Under the pieces are notes generated by a model. That model did not search any database, had not been told where the DNA came from, and saw only the letters and a list, made by a program, of their open reading frames with translations. From the IMG/VR virus record IMGVR_UViG_2585427773_000003: a DNA stretch of 64,000 bases. The stretch is one strand, 5' to 3'. Below are positions 1 through 8,500 of the stretch, one piece after another. Made by a program: the position numbers and the translations under genes. Source of the stretch: a virus. Taxonomy: Duplodnaviria > Heunggongvirae > Uroviricota > Caudoviricetes. How positions within the stretch are numbered: the first letter of the stretch is position 1; every line of letters begins with the position of its first letter.

Positions 1-40
1 GAAACGGAAGGGACTTGTTCTGGTGGTGTCTTTTAAAAGA

Positions 41-97
41 CCTGCTTCCGTATATATTTAATAAGTTACTTATTATTTATATATATACAGAAGCAGG
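41..97. repeat. 57-bp imperfect palindrome, copy 1
   Basis: 8-bp GC-rich inverted arms cctgcttc/gaagcagg flank an AT-rich core with central AATAAGTtACTTATT; near-identical copies at 32891-32945 and 62387-62441. Confidence 0.9.
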
Positions 98-208
98 CAT
101 AACTTGTCGTCTTAGACGCCCAGAAGCTCTACACTTTGAGCCTGTTAAATTGATTAAAAACTTATGTGTAAAATAGAACGCATTAGTCAGTAGCTAAGAG
201 ATGCAATA

Positions 209-976
209 ATGGACGATTTATCGGTATACGCGAGATCATTGGATAAGGCTAAATACTATGTTTACTGTCTCTATGATACAGAAGACAAGATGAAAAGACC
301 GTTTTACATAGGAAAAGGCAAATCGACTCGTTGTCTCGATCACATCAAGTATCCCGATGACTCTCCCAAATCCATGCGGATCAAAGAACTTTTGGCTAAT
401 AAAAAATTAGGCATAGATATACTTCGTCATGGTATGGATGAAACCACAGCCAAACTTGTTGAGGCGACATGCATCGACCTTATGGGGGTCGGAGAGCTTA
501 CGAATAAGGTACGAGGAAGTGGTTCCATGATGGGCAGAATATCACTGGACGCCTACCATCACTTAGTGCTGCAAGAGGAAACTGAAATTGCTCCTGAGCA
601 CGCCGGTCTTGCCTTCCTGCTAAACAGCACCTACAAGTCAGGAATGTCCGCTCTGGCATTATATGAAGCTACGCGTGGCGTATGGGCAAAGGTTCCAAGA
701 GACGAGAATCTCAAATATGCCTACGCTACATATGGTGGGCTGATAATGGAAGTTTATCGGATTGAATGCTGGGTCAAAGCCGGTTCTCAGCAGTACTTTA
801 CAAGGGATATAGCTCTTGGCCCCGACACAAAACGTTATGAATTTGTTGGCAGAATAGCCGATGAGCATATTAGAAAACTGTATGTAGGCAAATTAATCAA
901 GAAACCACCAAGCTACGGTAGCCCTTTTGTGAAGGTTGGGGTGGTTAGGACTGAACATAGTGTTAGCGCGGCATAA
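209..976 (+). CDS. GIY-YIG nuclease domain protein (homing-endonuclease-like), 255 aa
   Basis: N-terminal YYVYCLYD...PFYIGKGK motif typical of GIY-YIG; C-terminal domain unrecognised. Confidence 0.6.
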   Translation: MDDLSVYARSLDKAKYYVYCLYDTEDKMKRPFYIGKGKSTRCLDHIKYPDDSPKSMRIKELLANKKLGIDILRHGMDETTAKLVEATCIDLMGVGELTNKVRGSGSMMGRISLDAYHHLVLQEETEIAPEHAGLAFLLNSTYKSGMSALALYEATRGVWAKVPRDENLKYAYATYGGLIMEVYRIECWVKAGSQQYFTRDIALGPDTKRYEFVGRIADEHIRKLYVGKLIKKPPSYGSPFVKVGVVRTEHSVSAA

Positions 977-1028
977 AGCTGACACTGTAGTTATGCATTG
1001 GCGCAATGTACGCGCCAATGCATGATTT

Positions 1029-1388
1029 TTAACCTTTTTTCATCAACTCTCGTTTGATTTCATCGGTACGCATCGTGACATCGGCAGCTGTGATCGCCTC
1101 GTTAAGTTTCACGATGTCCTCGATTTCCTGCGGTGACTTCTCTGCCAGATGGAAAATGGCTGCGCGAATCACGTCTGAACGGGTGAATTTCTCGAAGCGA
1201 GGGATGAACTTCATCATCTCCAGCAGTTCGAAGTATTCGTCCTCCAGTGACATTGTGCGGCTTTTAATTTTCTCTTTGCCACGAGTCGGGCGTCCCTGTG
1301 GTCTGACTGGTTGGCGCAAAGGAGTTGTGTTCTTAGCCGGTGCATCAGGCTCTTTGCGCTTTGCTAGGTCACCCATTTTCATGGACAT
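1029..1388 (-). CDS. Small partition protein, ParG-like RHH centromere-binding partner of ParA
   Basis: 119 aa, basic disordered N-terminus then predicted strand-helix-helix; start ATG overlaps parA stop (TAATG coupling). Confidence 0.5.
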   Translation of the reverse strand: MSMKMGDLAKRKEPDAPAKNTTPLRQPVRPQGRPTRGKEKIKSRTMSLEDEYFELLEMMKFIPRFEKFTRSDVIRAAIFHLAEKSPQEIEDIVKLNEAITAADVTMRTDEIKRELMKKG

Positions 1389-2056
1389 TATTCTTCTTCC
1401 TCCAGACTCAACAGATAATCTACAAATTCTTCAAACTCGGCTTCCGCCTTTTTGTCGCGCTCGCTACCGGTCATTTCAAAGATAGAGCGACCAGACTCTT
1501 CCGCATCATCATAGACGTTGCGGTTATATAGATTGACTGGCGCAGACTCGATTCCAAACGTCTCAACAATCTCTTTAGCCGCCAGAATGCGAGACACTTG
1601 TGATGGCAAAGCCGGGCACTGGTTCATGACCGCGCGGACCTTCACTTTATCGTTTACATTGCGAACATTGTCGATAATAGGATCGATGTCACGTAAAGAT
1701 TTCAAATCACGACGCTTAGGACGCAGCGGGATAATGATAACGTCAGCCATCAGCATCGCTTGTCGCTGAATTTCGGAGTCGAAGCCACCAGCATCTACCA
1801 CTACAAACTCAGCTCTACCCTGAAGCGATTTTAGGTGCTTAATGATGTCATCCTGAACGTATGCAAAAGGAATCAGCTCAAGGTCTTCGTTCTGTCGACG
1901 GTCTTCACACCAGCTCGTTGTCGTGCGCTGAATATCTATATCGGTAATATAAACCTTCTTCTTCTTTTTGACTTTCAGGCAAACGGCAATTTGCTGGGCA
2001 ACGGTGGATTTGCCAGGCCCGCCCTTTGTGCCGCCAACCACAAAGATCTTGGTCAT
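1388..2056 (-). CDS. parA: ParA-family partition ATPase (small, type Ib-like)
   Basis: Deviant Walker A GGTKGGPGKST near N-terminus, 222 aa; RBS aaggga upstream. Confidence 0.8.
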   Translation of the reverse strand: MTKIFVVGGTKGGPGKSTVAQQIAVCLKVKKKKKVYITDIDIQRTTTSWCEDRRQNEDLELIPFAYVQDDIIKHLKSLQGRAEFVVVDAGGFDSEIQRQAMLMADVIIIPLRPKRRDLKSLRDIDPIIDNVRNVNDKVKVRAVMNQCPALPSQVSRILAAKEIVETFGIESAPVNLYNRNVYDDAEESGRSIFEMTGSERDKKAEAEFEEFVDYLLSLEEEE

Positions 2057-2374
2057 TGGAGAGTTCCCTTTGCGTATATAATTATCGTCTGAAACAACTT
2101 GTTTTCTTATATGTGATATAGCCTAAATGCCTACGGCTGCGGTGTAAAGGTTAAATGGTAGGTTGTGATTAACAATTGGCAAACATAGCTTGTATTTGTC
2201 TGTTGAAAAAAGTAACAATGACATCTATATTACAAGTACGGTGATATGCCGTACACAATTTGATAATGCACACGTAATGGGCTATAGCCTTTTAAAGTAA
2301 TTTTTGAGTCGAAAACTCAGTTTGAACAGAGGAGATTGATGGCCTTCCTACATCACGGCCATCAGGAGGAATAC

Positions 2375-2644
2375 ATGTCAGCACTAAAAAAGCAGCGCAT
2401 CGATTTGAGATTAACCGATGACGATAAAAGCATCATCGAGGAAGCTGCCGCAATGTCTAACCAGAGCATTACTCAGTTTATGGTTAGCAGTGCATCTGAA
2501 CGTGCCGTGAAAGTTATAGAGCAACACCGTAGACTAGTTCTGAATGAAGAATCCTGGAATCTGGTTATGGACGCTATAAGCAATCCTCCGGCACCGAACG
2601 ACAAGCTGAAACGAGCTGCTGATCGTCTGAAAAGCATGGAGTAG
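2375..2644 (+). CDS. ataR: DUF1778 antitoxin (AtaR/TacA-like)
   Basis: MSALKKQRIDLRLTDDDKS...NEESW motif pattern of DUF1778 antitoxins; RBS aggagga; alternative start at 2339. Confidence 0.75.
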   Translation: MSALKKQRIDLRLTDDDKSIIEEAAAMSNQSITQFMVSSASERAVKVIEQHRRLVLNEESWNLVMDAISNPPAPNDKLKRAADRLKSME

Positions 2645-2651
2645 TTTACTC

Positions 2652-3173
2652 GTGAGCAATACAACGATAGAGATTTTCTCTGGAGAGAAAGATTATGATC
2701 TAAACGGTTTTGATTGCGGCGAAGAGTCACTAAACGCCTTTTTAGCCAACCACTTAAAAAGGCAGCATGAGGGAAAAATTCTTCGTGCTTATGTGCTTTG
2801 CACTCAAGAAGAAAGGCCAAAAGTGTTAGGATATTACACTTTGTCAGGTAGTTGTTTTGAAAAGGAGTCCTTACCTTCAAGAAGCAAACAAAAGAAGGTT
2901 CCTTATCGGAATGTTCCAAGTGTTACTTTGGGTAGGCTGGCTTTGGACAAGTCCCTTCAAGGTCAAGGATTTGGCTCAATGCTTGTAACACATGCAATGC
3001 GCGTTGTGTACAATGCATCTCTTGCTGTAGGCATTCATGGACTTTTCGTTGAGGCGTTAAATGACAAAGCCAAGGCGTTTTATAAAAGTTTAGGCTTTAT
3101 CCAGCTGGTTGGTAACAACGAGCGTTCTTTGTTCTATCCTACAAAATCTATCGAAAAATTGTTCGACGAATAA
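2652..3173 (+). CDS. ataT: GNAT acetyltransferase toxin (AtaT/TacT-like tRNA acetyltransferase)
   Basis: GTG start; YDLNGFDCGEE, LGYYTL, SVTLGRLALDKSLQGQGFG motifs as recalled for AtaT-family toxins; 8 nt after antitoxin stop. Confidence 0.75.
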   Translation: MSNTTIEIFSGEKDYDLNGFDCGEESLNAFLANHLKRQHEGKILRAYVLCTQEERPKVLGYYTLSGSCFEKESLPSRSKQKKVPYRNVPSVTLGRLALDKSLQGQGFGSMLVTHAMRVVYNASLAVGIHGLFVEALNDKAKAFYKSLGFIQLVGNNERSLFYPTKSIEKLFDE

Positions 3174-3176
3174 TGT

Positions 3177-3198
3177 GTTCCCCTCATTTGAGGGGAAC
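3177..3198 (+). terminator. Hairpin after toxin gene (weak terminator)
   Basis: gttcccctc-attt-gaggggaac perfect 9-bp stem; poor T-tract. Confidence 0.35.
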
Positions 3199-3205
3199 TT
3201 CGACA

Positions 3206-3421
3206 TCACCAACCACAAACCCTCTCTCCCATCGTATTGTGAAAAAGGATTTGGCGTTCGGTTTCTTCAGTCATTACATCATTATTGCTGATATAGATAG
3301 GCTCAGCCCCATCGCAGAACAACACGCTGGCTGTTTGTGGTTTAATGACGCACCCACTTATCATACAACTCACGATGAACGGCAGAAGCATCTTTCTGAC
3401 GTATTTTACTGCTCGTCTCAT
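3206..3421 (-). CDS. o-spanin (Rz1-like outer membrane lipoprotein), overlapping i-spanin
   Basis: Signal peptide MRRAVKYVRKMLLPFIVSCMISGC with lipobox ISGC; encoded in alternate frame overlapping 3' end of i-spanin gene. Confidence 0.5.
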   Translation of the reverse strand: MRRAVKYVRKMLLPFIVSCMISGCVIKPQTASVLFCDGAEPIYISNNDVMTEETERQILFHNTMGERVCGW

Positions 3422-3593
3422 TCACCACTTTCACTGTGTTTTGAAGTCGTTTTCTGTCTTCCTGTTTTGCCTTCTCTTCCATTGCTCGTCGCGCCGCATT
3501 CCCGCCCATCGTGTAAGCGCCGACAAGAACGAAAAGAACGGCAGCCAGCGTAATCAAAGCAACTTTTAGCTTTGTCATCAGGCTGCCTAGCAT
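3342..3593 (-). CDS. i-spanin (Rz-like)
   Basis: N-terminal TM helix followed by charged coiled-coil-like segment; directly follows lysin gene (TAAtATG). Confidence 0.5.
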   Translation of the reverse strand: MLGSLMTKLKVALITLAAVLFVLVGAYTMGGNAARRAMEEKAKQEDRKRLQNTVKVVNETSSKIRQKDASAVHRELYDKWVRH

Positions 3594-3594
3594 A

Positions 3595-4287
3595 TTAGAC
3601 CATCCCTTTCTGGTGTTTTCTTACCTGCGACCAGGCAATGAATCCTGCCACAACAATAGTGGCAATACCGAAGATGATGCGTACTGTATCCCCGCTAGAG
3701 ATATGACCTTGTGCTTTATCCATAGCAGCGGAAACCTGCGGCATAACATCGGCCAGCTGCGCCAGACCAATACCTGCTGTAACAGTTGCGCCTGCGGTTT
3801 CTTTAGTTACAGGAACAGCCTTCACGGTTTTCACCGGCTTAACAACGCCAGCTCGACGCAGACCTTCCTCAATAACTTCTGCCGCATACCAGGTGTTCAG
3901 CGTTTTTAGCGGGCCTCGGCCATTCTCGTGGCGAATGATTGCCTCAACCAAAGGTCGAAGGATGTCGTAATCATGCAGATCGATGATCATGTCTGCGGTT
4001 ACACCAACGGCTTTAGACACCTCATTAATGTAGGCGTCAGTATTGTTTTCATTCGGCGGTGCCCAGCGTTCAATAACTTCACGAATGGTATCGATACTTG
4101 TGCCGTCTTTTGCGCGACGTTTATCGTGGTAGGTAATTAGAGTCACCGCCAGCGCACGAATCCCCCAAACAGGGTCTTTAAACGTGCAAAAGCGCGGTTC
4201 GGCAGGGTTGTCGATTAGCCCCTGCCACGGCGAACCTTTGTCGAGGTTGCCAGGGTTGTTATTACGAATGCCTCTCGGAGTTTTCAT
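3595..4287 (-). CDS. Putative lysin / peptidoglycan hydrolase-like protein with C-terminal membrane anchor
   Basis: Position in lysis cassette; GIRNNNPGNL motif; C-terminal hydrophobic helix; strong RBS aggaga before ATG at 4287. Confidence 0.45.
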   Translation of the reverse strand: MKTPRGIRNNNPGNLDKGSPWQGLIDNPAEPRFCTFKDPVWGIRALAVTLITYHDKRRAKDGTSIDTIREVIERWAPPNENNTDAYINEVSKAVGVTADMIIDLHDYDILRPLVEAIIRHENGRGPLKTLNTWYAAEVIEEGLRRAGVVKPVKTVKAVPVTKETAGATVTAGIGLAQLADVMPQVSAAMDKAQGHISSGDTVRIIFGIATIVVAGFIAWSQVRKHQKGMV

Positions 4288-4300
4288 CCTTGATCTCCTG

Positions 4301-4624
4301 TTATTGCAGTCCATTCTTCACGCCATAAGCGGCCAGACCCAGCAGCAGCGCGGTAATCAGGAACGACGTTATCTTTGAGATAATGCCGCCAAAGAACCCG
4401 CTGGAGATGGCGTCTAGCCGATTAAGTAGTTTGTCCAGGTTGGAGTGCTGAATGCTGTGTTGCGAAGGCGTCATATCGCCAAAGTAGGTTTTGAGCTGGT
4501 CGTTGACCTCCTGGCCAATTTCCTCACGCAACTCCTTACCTAATTTGCCGACAACTTCACGCGCAACGATAGCGGCAATGCGCTCTACCTGCTCTGGCGT
4601 TACGCCTGCCATCTCGTTCGACAT
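4301..4624 (-). CDS. Putative holin-like membrane protein
   Basis: About 107 aa, single C-terminal TM segment, first gene of lysis cassette; RBS ggagg before ATG at 4624. Confidence 0.35.
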   Translation of the reverse strand: MSNEMAGVTPEQVERIAAIVAREVVGKLGKELREEIGQEVNDQLKTYFGDMTPSQHSIQHSNLDKLLNRLDAISSGFFGGIISKITSFLITALLLGLAAYGVKNGLQ

Positions 4625-4690
4625 TATTTCCTCCATGAATCGTCAAATCGGGATGGCGGTTTTATATCATAAAACGCCCACACTTGGTAG

Positions 4691-4702
4691 GTAAGTACTT
4701 AC
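4691..4702. promoter_or_regulatory. Palindrome GTAAGTACTTAC (late-region operator family)
   Basis: Perfect 12-bp palindrome 55-66 bp upstream of holin-like start; same family as sites at 23868, 43437, 63069 and others. Confidence 0.5.
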
Positions 4703-5538
4703 ACATGAGCGCCGTAAATTGCCCCAACTTTAGTCCAAGTTGGAGCATTACCAGTAACAGCTTTACCAGCTGCTCCGCCGTTATATTCTGTACCGTTACC
4801 TTGAGTATTACATCTTCCTCCAGCAGCACCGACATTACCACCCGAACCGCCTGTATATGCACTAAGAGACCCCTCACCAACAGATCCTTTACCAGGAGCG
4901 GAAATAGTACCAGCAGTTGCACCGGAACTCATATGAGAGGAAGACCCACCAGCACCGAATGGGCGACCACCGCCGCCGCCAAATATTAGTTTACCCCTGT
5001 TACCGCCGCCACCGCCGCCGCCACCTCCAGCGATTGCACCATTATTCGTAATACGCAAGCGTGTACCGATGCCATTATTAATTGCGTTACCACCAGCAGC
5101 ACCGGCAGCGTTACTACCACCATTGCCACCGCGTCCATAGACAGTCACACCTGCGTTGATTACAAGGCTGATATAAGAGTTGGTAAGTGAACTCGGGAAA
5201 TCTAAACATGGCACGCCGCTACTGGACGACACCAGATCCCCTGTAATGGTAACAACGACTGGCGTCGCCCCCTGGGATTTTAAATAGTTGATCAGTGTGT
5301 CTTTGTTGTAGTTATGATTCGCACCGATGCTGTACTGAATTTCCTTAGAACGACCTGCTAACTGAGACATATTCCCAGCAGCAGACAATTGCACCGCCGT
5401 TCGAGCTGCACTCATCCATCTCTGGCCTGTCACACTGACAGCCGAAGACCCAATCCAACCGGGAACACCGACAATTGGCACATCTAATCTCCTTTTTGAT
5501 GTGAATATCCTGAATTGGTGAGGGGGGCCCCTCACCAT
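4699..5538 (-). CDS. Glycine-rich tail-fiber-associated protein (possible receptor-binding tip/adhesin)
   Basis: Immediately follows tail fiber gene with RBS aaggtga; poly-Gly tracts (GGGGGGGGGN) and G/S/N/T-rich composition. Confidence 0.4.
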   Translation of the reverse strand: MVRGPPHQFRIFTSKRRLDVPIVGVPGWIGSSAVSVTGQRWMSAARTAVQLSAAGNMSQLAGRSKEIQYSIGANHNYNKDTLINYLKSQGATPVVVTITGDLVSSSSGVPCLDFPSSLTNSYISLVINAGVTVYGRGGNGGSNAAGAAGGNAINNGIGTRLRITNNGAIAGGGGGGGGGNRGKLIFGGGGGRPFGAGGSSSHMSSGATAGTISAPGKGSVGEGSLSAYTGGSGGNVGAAGGRCNTQGNGTEYNGGAAGKAVTGNAPTWTKVGAIYGAHV

Positions 5539-5547
5539 TCACCTTGA

Positions 5548-8500
5548 TTACATTTTTGCCTTCAGTTCGCGCACTTCCTCGCGCAGCTCTTTGACAGCCT
5601 CGACCAACATGCCGATAACGCCGTTGTAGTTAAGACGCAGACGAGGCTCTCCTGACTGATCGTTATGGTCAACCGTTACCAGTTCAGGCTGAACATTCTG
5701 GACGTCCTGAGCGATGAGGCCGCCAGACTGCTCATACCGGTCACAGACCTGAATCTCGTACAGAACACCTTCGATCCGATCCAGCTTGTCGAGCGCTCGT
5801 TCAATCTTGCGAATATTGCGTTTGCTACGACGGTCAGAGCGGATATAAACGTCATTAAAGCTGCCATTACCGCCACAAACCCAAGTACCATCATTCTGGA
5901 GGTATGCGTTCGCATCCGTGCCGTTTGCGGTACGTGAGTTGTTGATCATGTAAAAACCAAACTGACTGTTTCCCAAGCCACCCAAGAAGAATTTGCGATC
6001 CGCGTGGTCTTGTCTCAACAACGCTTGTGCAGAGCTTGTACTTACAGCGTTCCTCCCGAAGATGACGTTCTGGTTACGCATATCTATCCACGCGCCAGAG
6101 CCGCTGTTGATGGAAAAACGGTTGGCGTAAACCCACGCACTTGACGTGATGTCACCCGTTACACTCAACGGCTTAAGGCTTTGCAGCGTGCTATTAACGA
6201 ACCTAAAAACATGGGCGCTATTGGCGTAAACATCCAGAATGCCATCTCCGTTCTGTTTAAAGCCGGTGTCATTGTCACCCAGAACAATGGAATTACCGCC
6301 AAGAGCACTGGATGTACCGATGCCCAGTGCACCATTCAATTGACCTCCAGATAATGATAACGCCCCAACATCAGCAGCAGTCGGTTTAATGTGCGAACTG
6401 TAAATTACATATACAGTTCCATCTGTCAGGCCTGTTGGTTTATTCGCTGTATAAGTTGGTGATGTATGAATCGTTACGCTGGCGTTACTGGTATAATCCC
6501 ACTGGATATTAACACCTGTGGCGTAATTACCTATTTCTACATAAATGTCATAGGTATCACCGGATGTATTCACCCATGCAAAATTAGTAAATCCAACCGA
6601 GGTCCGTCGCCATAATGCACCAGTAATACCTTTGGGGTTCCCATTTCCTGCACGCAGAACCAGCTCAGAGATGCCTGCTTGCTGCGGGGAGCCAACGTTA
6701 AACCCTGCGCCACCAATCAGGCTTATGTAAACCACGGAACTGGCTTGTGGCATGGTTACAGTTGCCAGCTTGAACCATCCGGCACCACCACTAAAAGACA
6801 TTGTTGCTGAGTTGATCGTGCCTATAGACCTTGGAGTTAGCTCAATGTTTTTAGAACCGTCAAACGACACCCCATTTATAGTTCTAGCGGTTTGTAACTT
6901 GGTCGCTGTCGCTGCATTACCGGTTGTGTTCTGGTTACCAGCAATGTTTACACCCGGCAGGTTGATATTGGCGGAGCCATCGAATGACACGCCGCCTATT
7001 GTGCGTGCTGTTTGCAGTTTTGTTGCAGTTGCAGCATTACCGTTCAAACTACCATTGATGCCGCCAGTAACATTGAGTCCATTACCGATCGTAACAGCAC
7101 CGCTGGTATTATTAATTATAATAGGTCGCAAACCGTTCCATGAACCTAATGTGTCTCCTGATGCTGTTAGCATGAAATATGTGTTCGATCCATCATTACG
7201 GATAAAGAATCCATAGTTGCCATAGGCAATGCGCAGACCATTCGCCGATTTTGAAATAATCTCGCCAGCAGCAGTTAATCCGCCAGTTAACGCTCCTCCA
7301 GAAAGCGATAATGCTCCTACATCAGAAGCTGTTGGTTTGTTTCTAGTGTTATAAGAACGACGCCAGCCTGGCGCATAATCACTCCCATTGTACACATAAA
7401 TAAATTCCGCATTATTAACACCACCATGACCTGATGTTGTTGTCGTTGTAACACGAATAGTGTAGTGGCTTGTTGACTTATTACTAAACACCTCAATCAC
7501 GGAACCAGATAGATCGATCCTACCGCAACCAGTGTCGTCTATATAATTATTGTTGGCGTAAGCCCATGAGCACCGTGCAATCCAATATTTGTTTGAAAAT
7601 GCACCCTGATTATTTAGCCAAGTTATAAATTGAGCAGTCGTAAATGCCGTTCCGTTACCACTATTTAACCATCCAGCGGCAGCGGTTGGCGCGTTTATAT
7701 CAGCCGGCTGAGGCATAAATCCAGTCGTGTAAACCTGCTCCCAACCACTTTCAAAACCATAGCCATCTCTTGAGGAACGGTAGAACAGACCTCCATTTTT
7801 ATAGTGAGCTTTAATTTGAAGCGTACGGCAACTACCTACACCGGTATAAAAGTTGGCAAGAATATAACTTTCGCCTGTTCTAACTACATTGTAAGCACCA
7901 GATTCAGCATTCCACGGCACGCCACCATCAGCATCAGCATATGACCCTGTTGCTCTTCTTGCGAAAGCGGCAACATGCGCGGCGGTTAAAGTAATATCTT
8001 TGGAACCATCAAACTCAACACCAGAAACCCGTCTTGGCGTTTGCAGCTTTGTTGCTGTTAATGCATTACCGTTCAGACTTGCGGACAGTTTGGTTCCAAT
8101 AACCAGTTCGCCGGTTGCGTTATCAATAGAAAACGGTCTTAATGTATTCCAGCCACCATAAACATCACCTTGATTGGTAAGCAGCAGGTGAGTTTTAGCG
8201 CCATCATTACGCCATAATGCACCATACTCCCCACCTATCATTCGAATCTGATTACCACCACGCGCTACAATTTCGTCTGTGGCAAAAAGTTTTTTGCACG
8301 ACAAGTTATCGTTAACGATTAACGAATTAGACTCATAAAAACCACGCCCACTCTTAAAATCAAGGATAACGTCCGCCGCGATACATTCAGTCGCCGGATT
8401 TGTTGCCCCAAACTTATAGGTCGTATCATTAACAACGAGATCAGCACCAGGTGCGGATATTGACAGGCCATCTTCGATAAACGCAAAAACAGGGAAAGCT

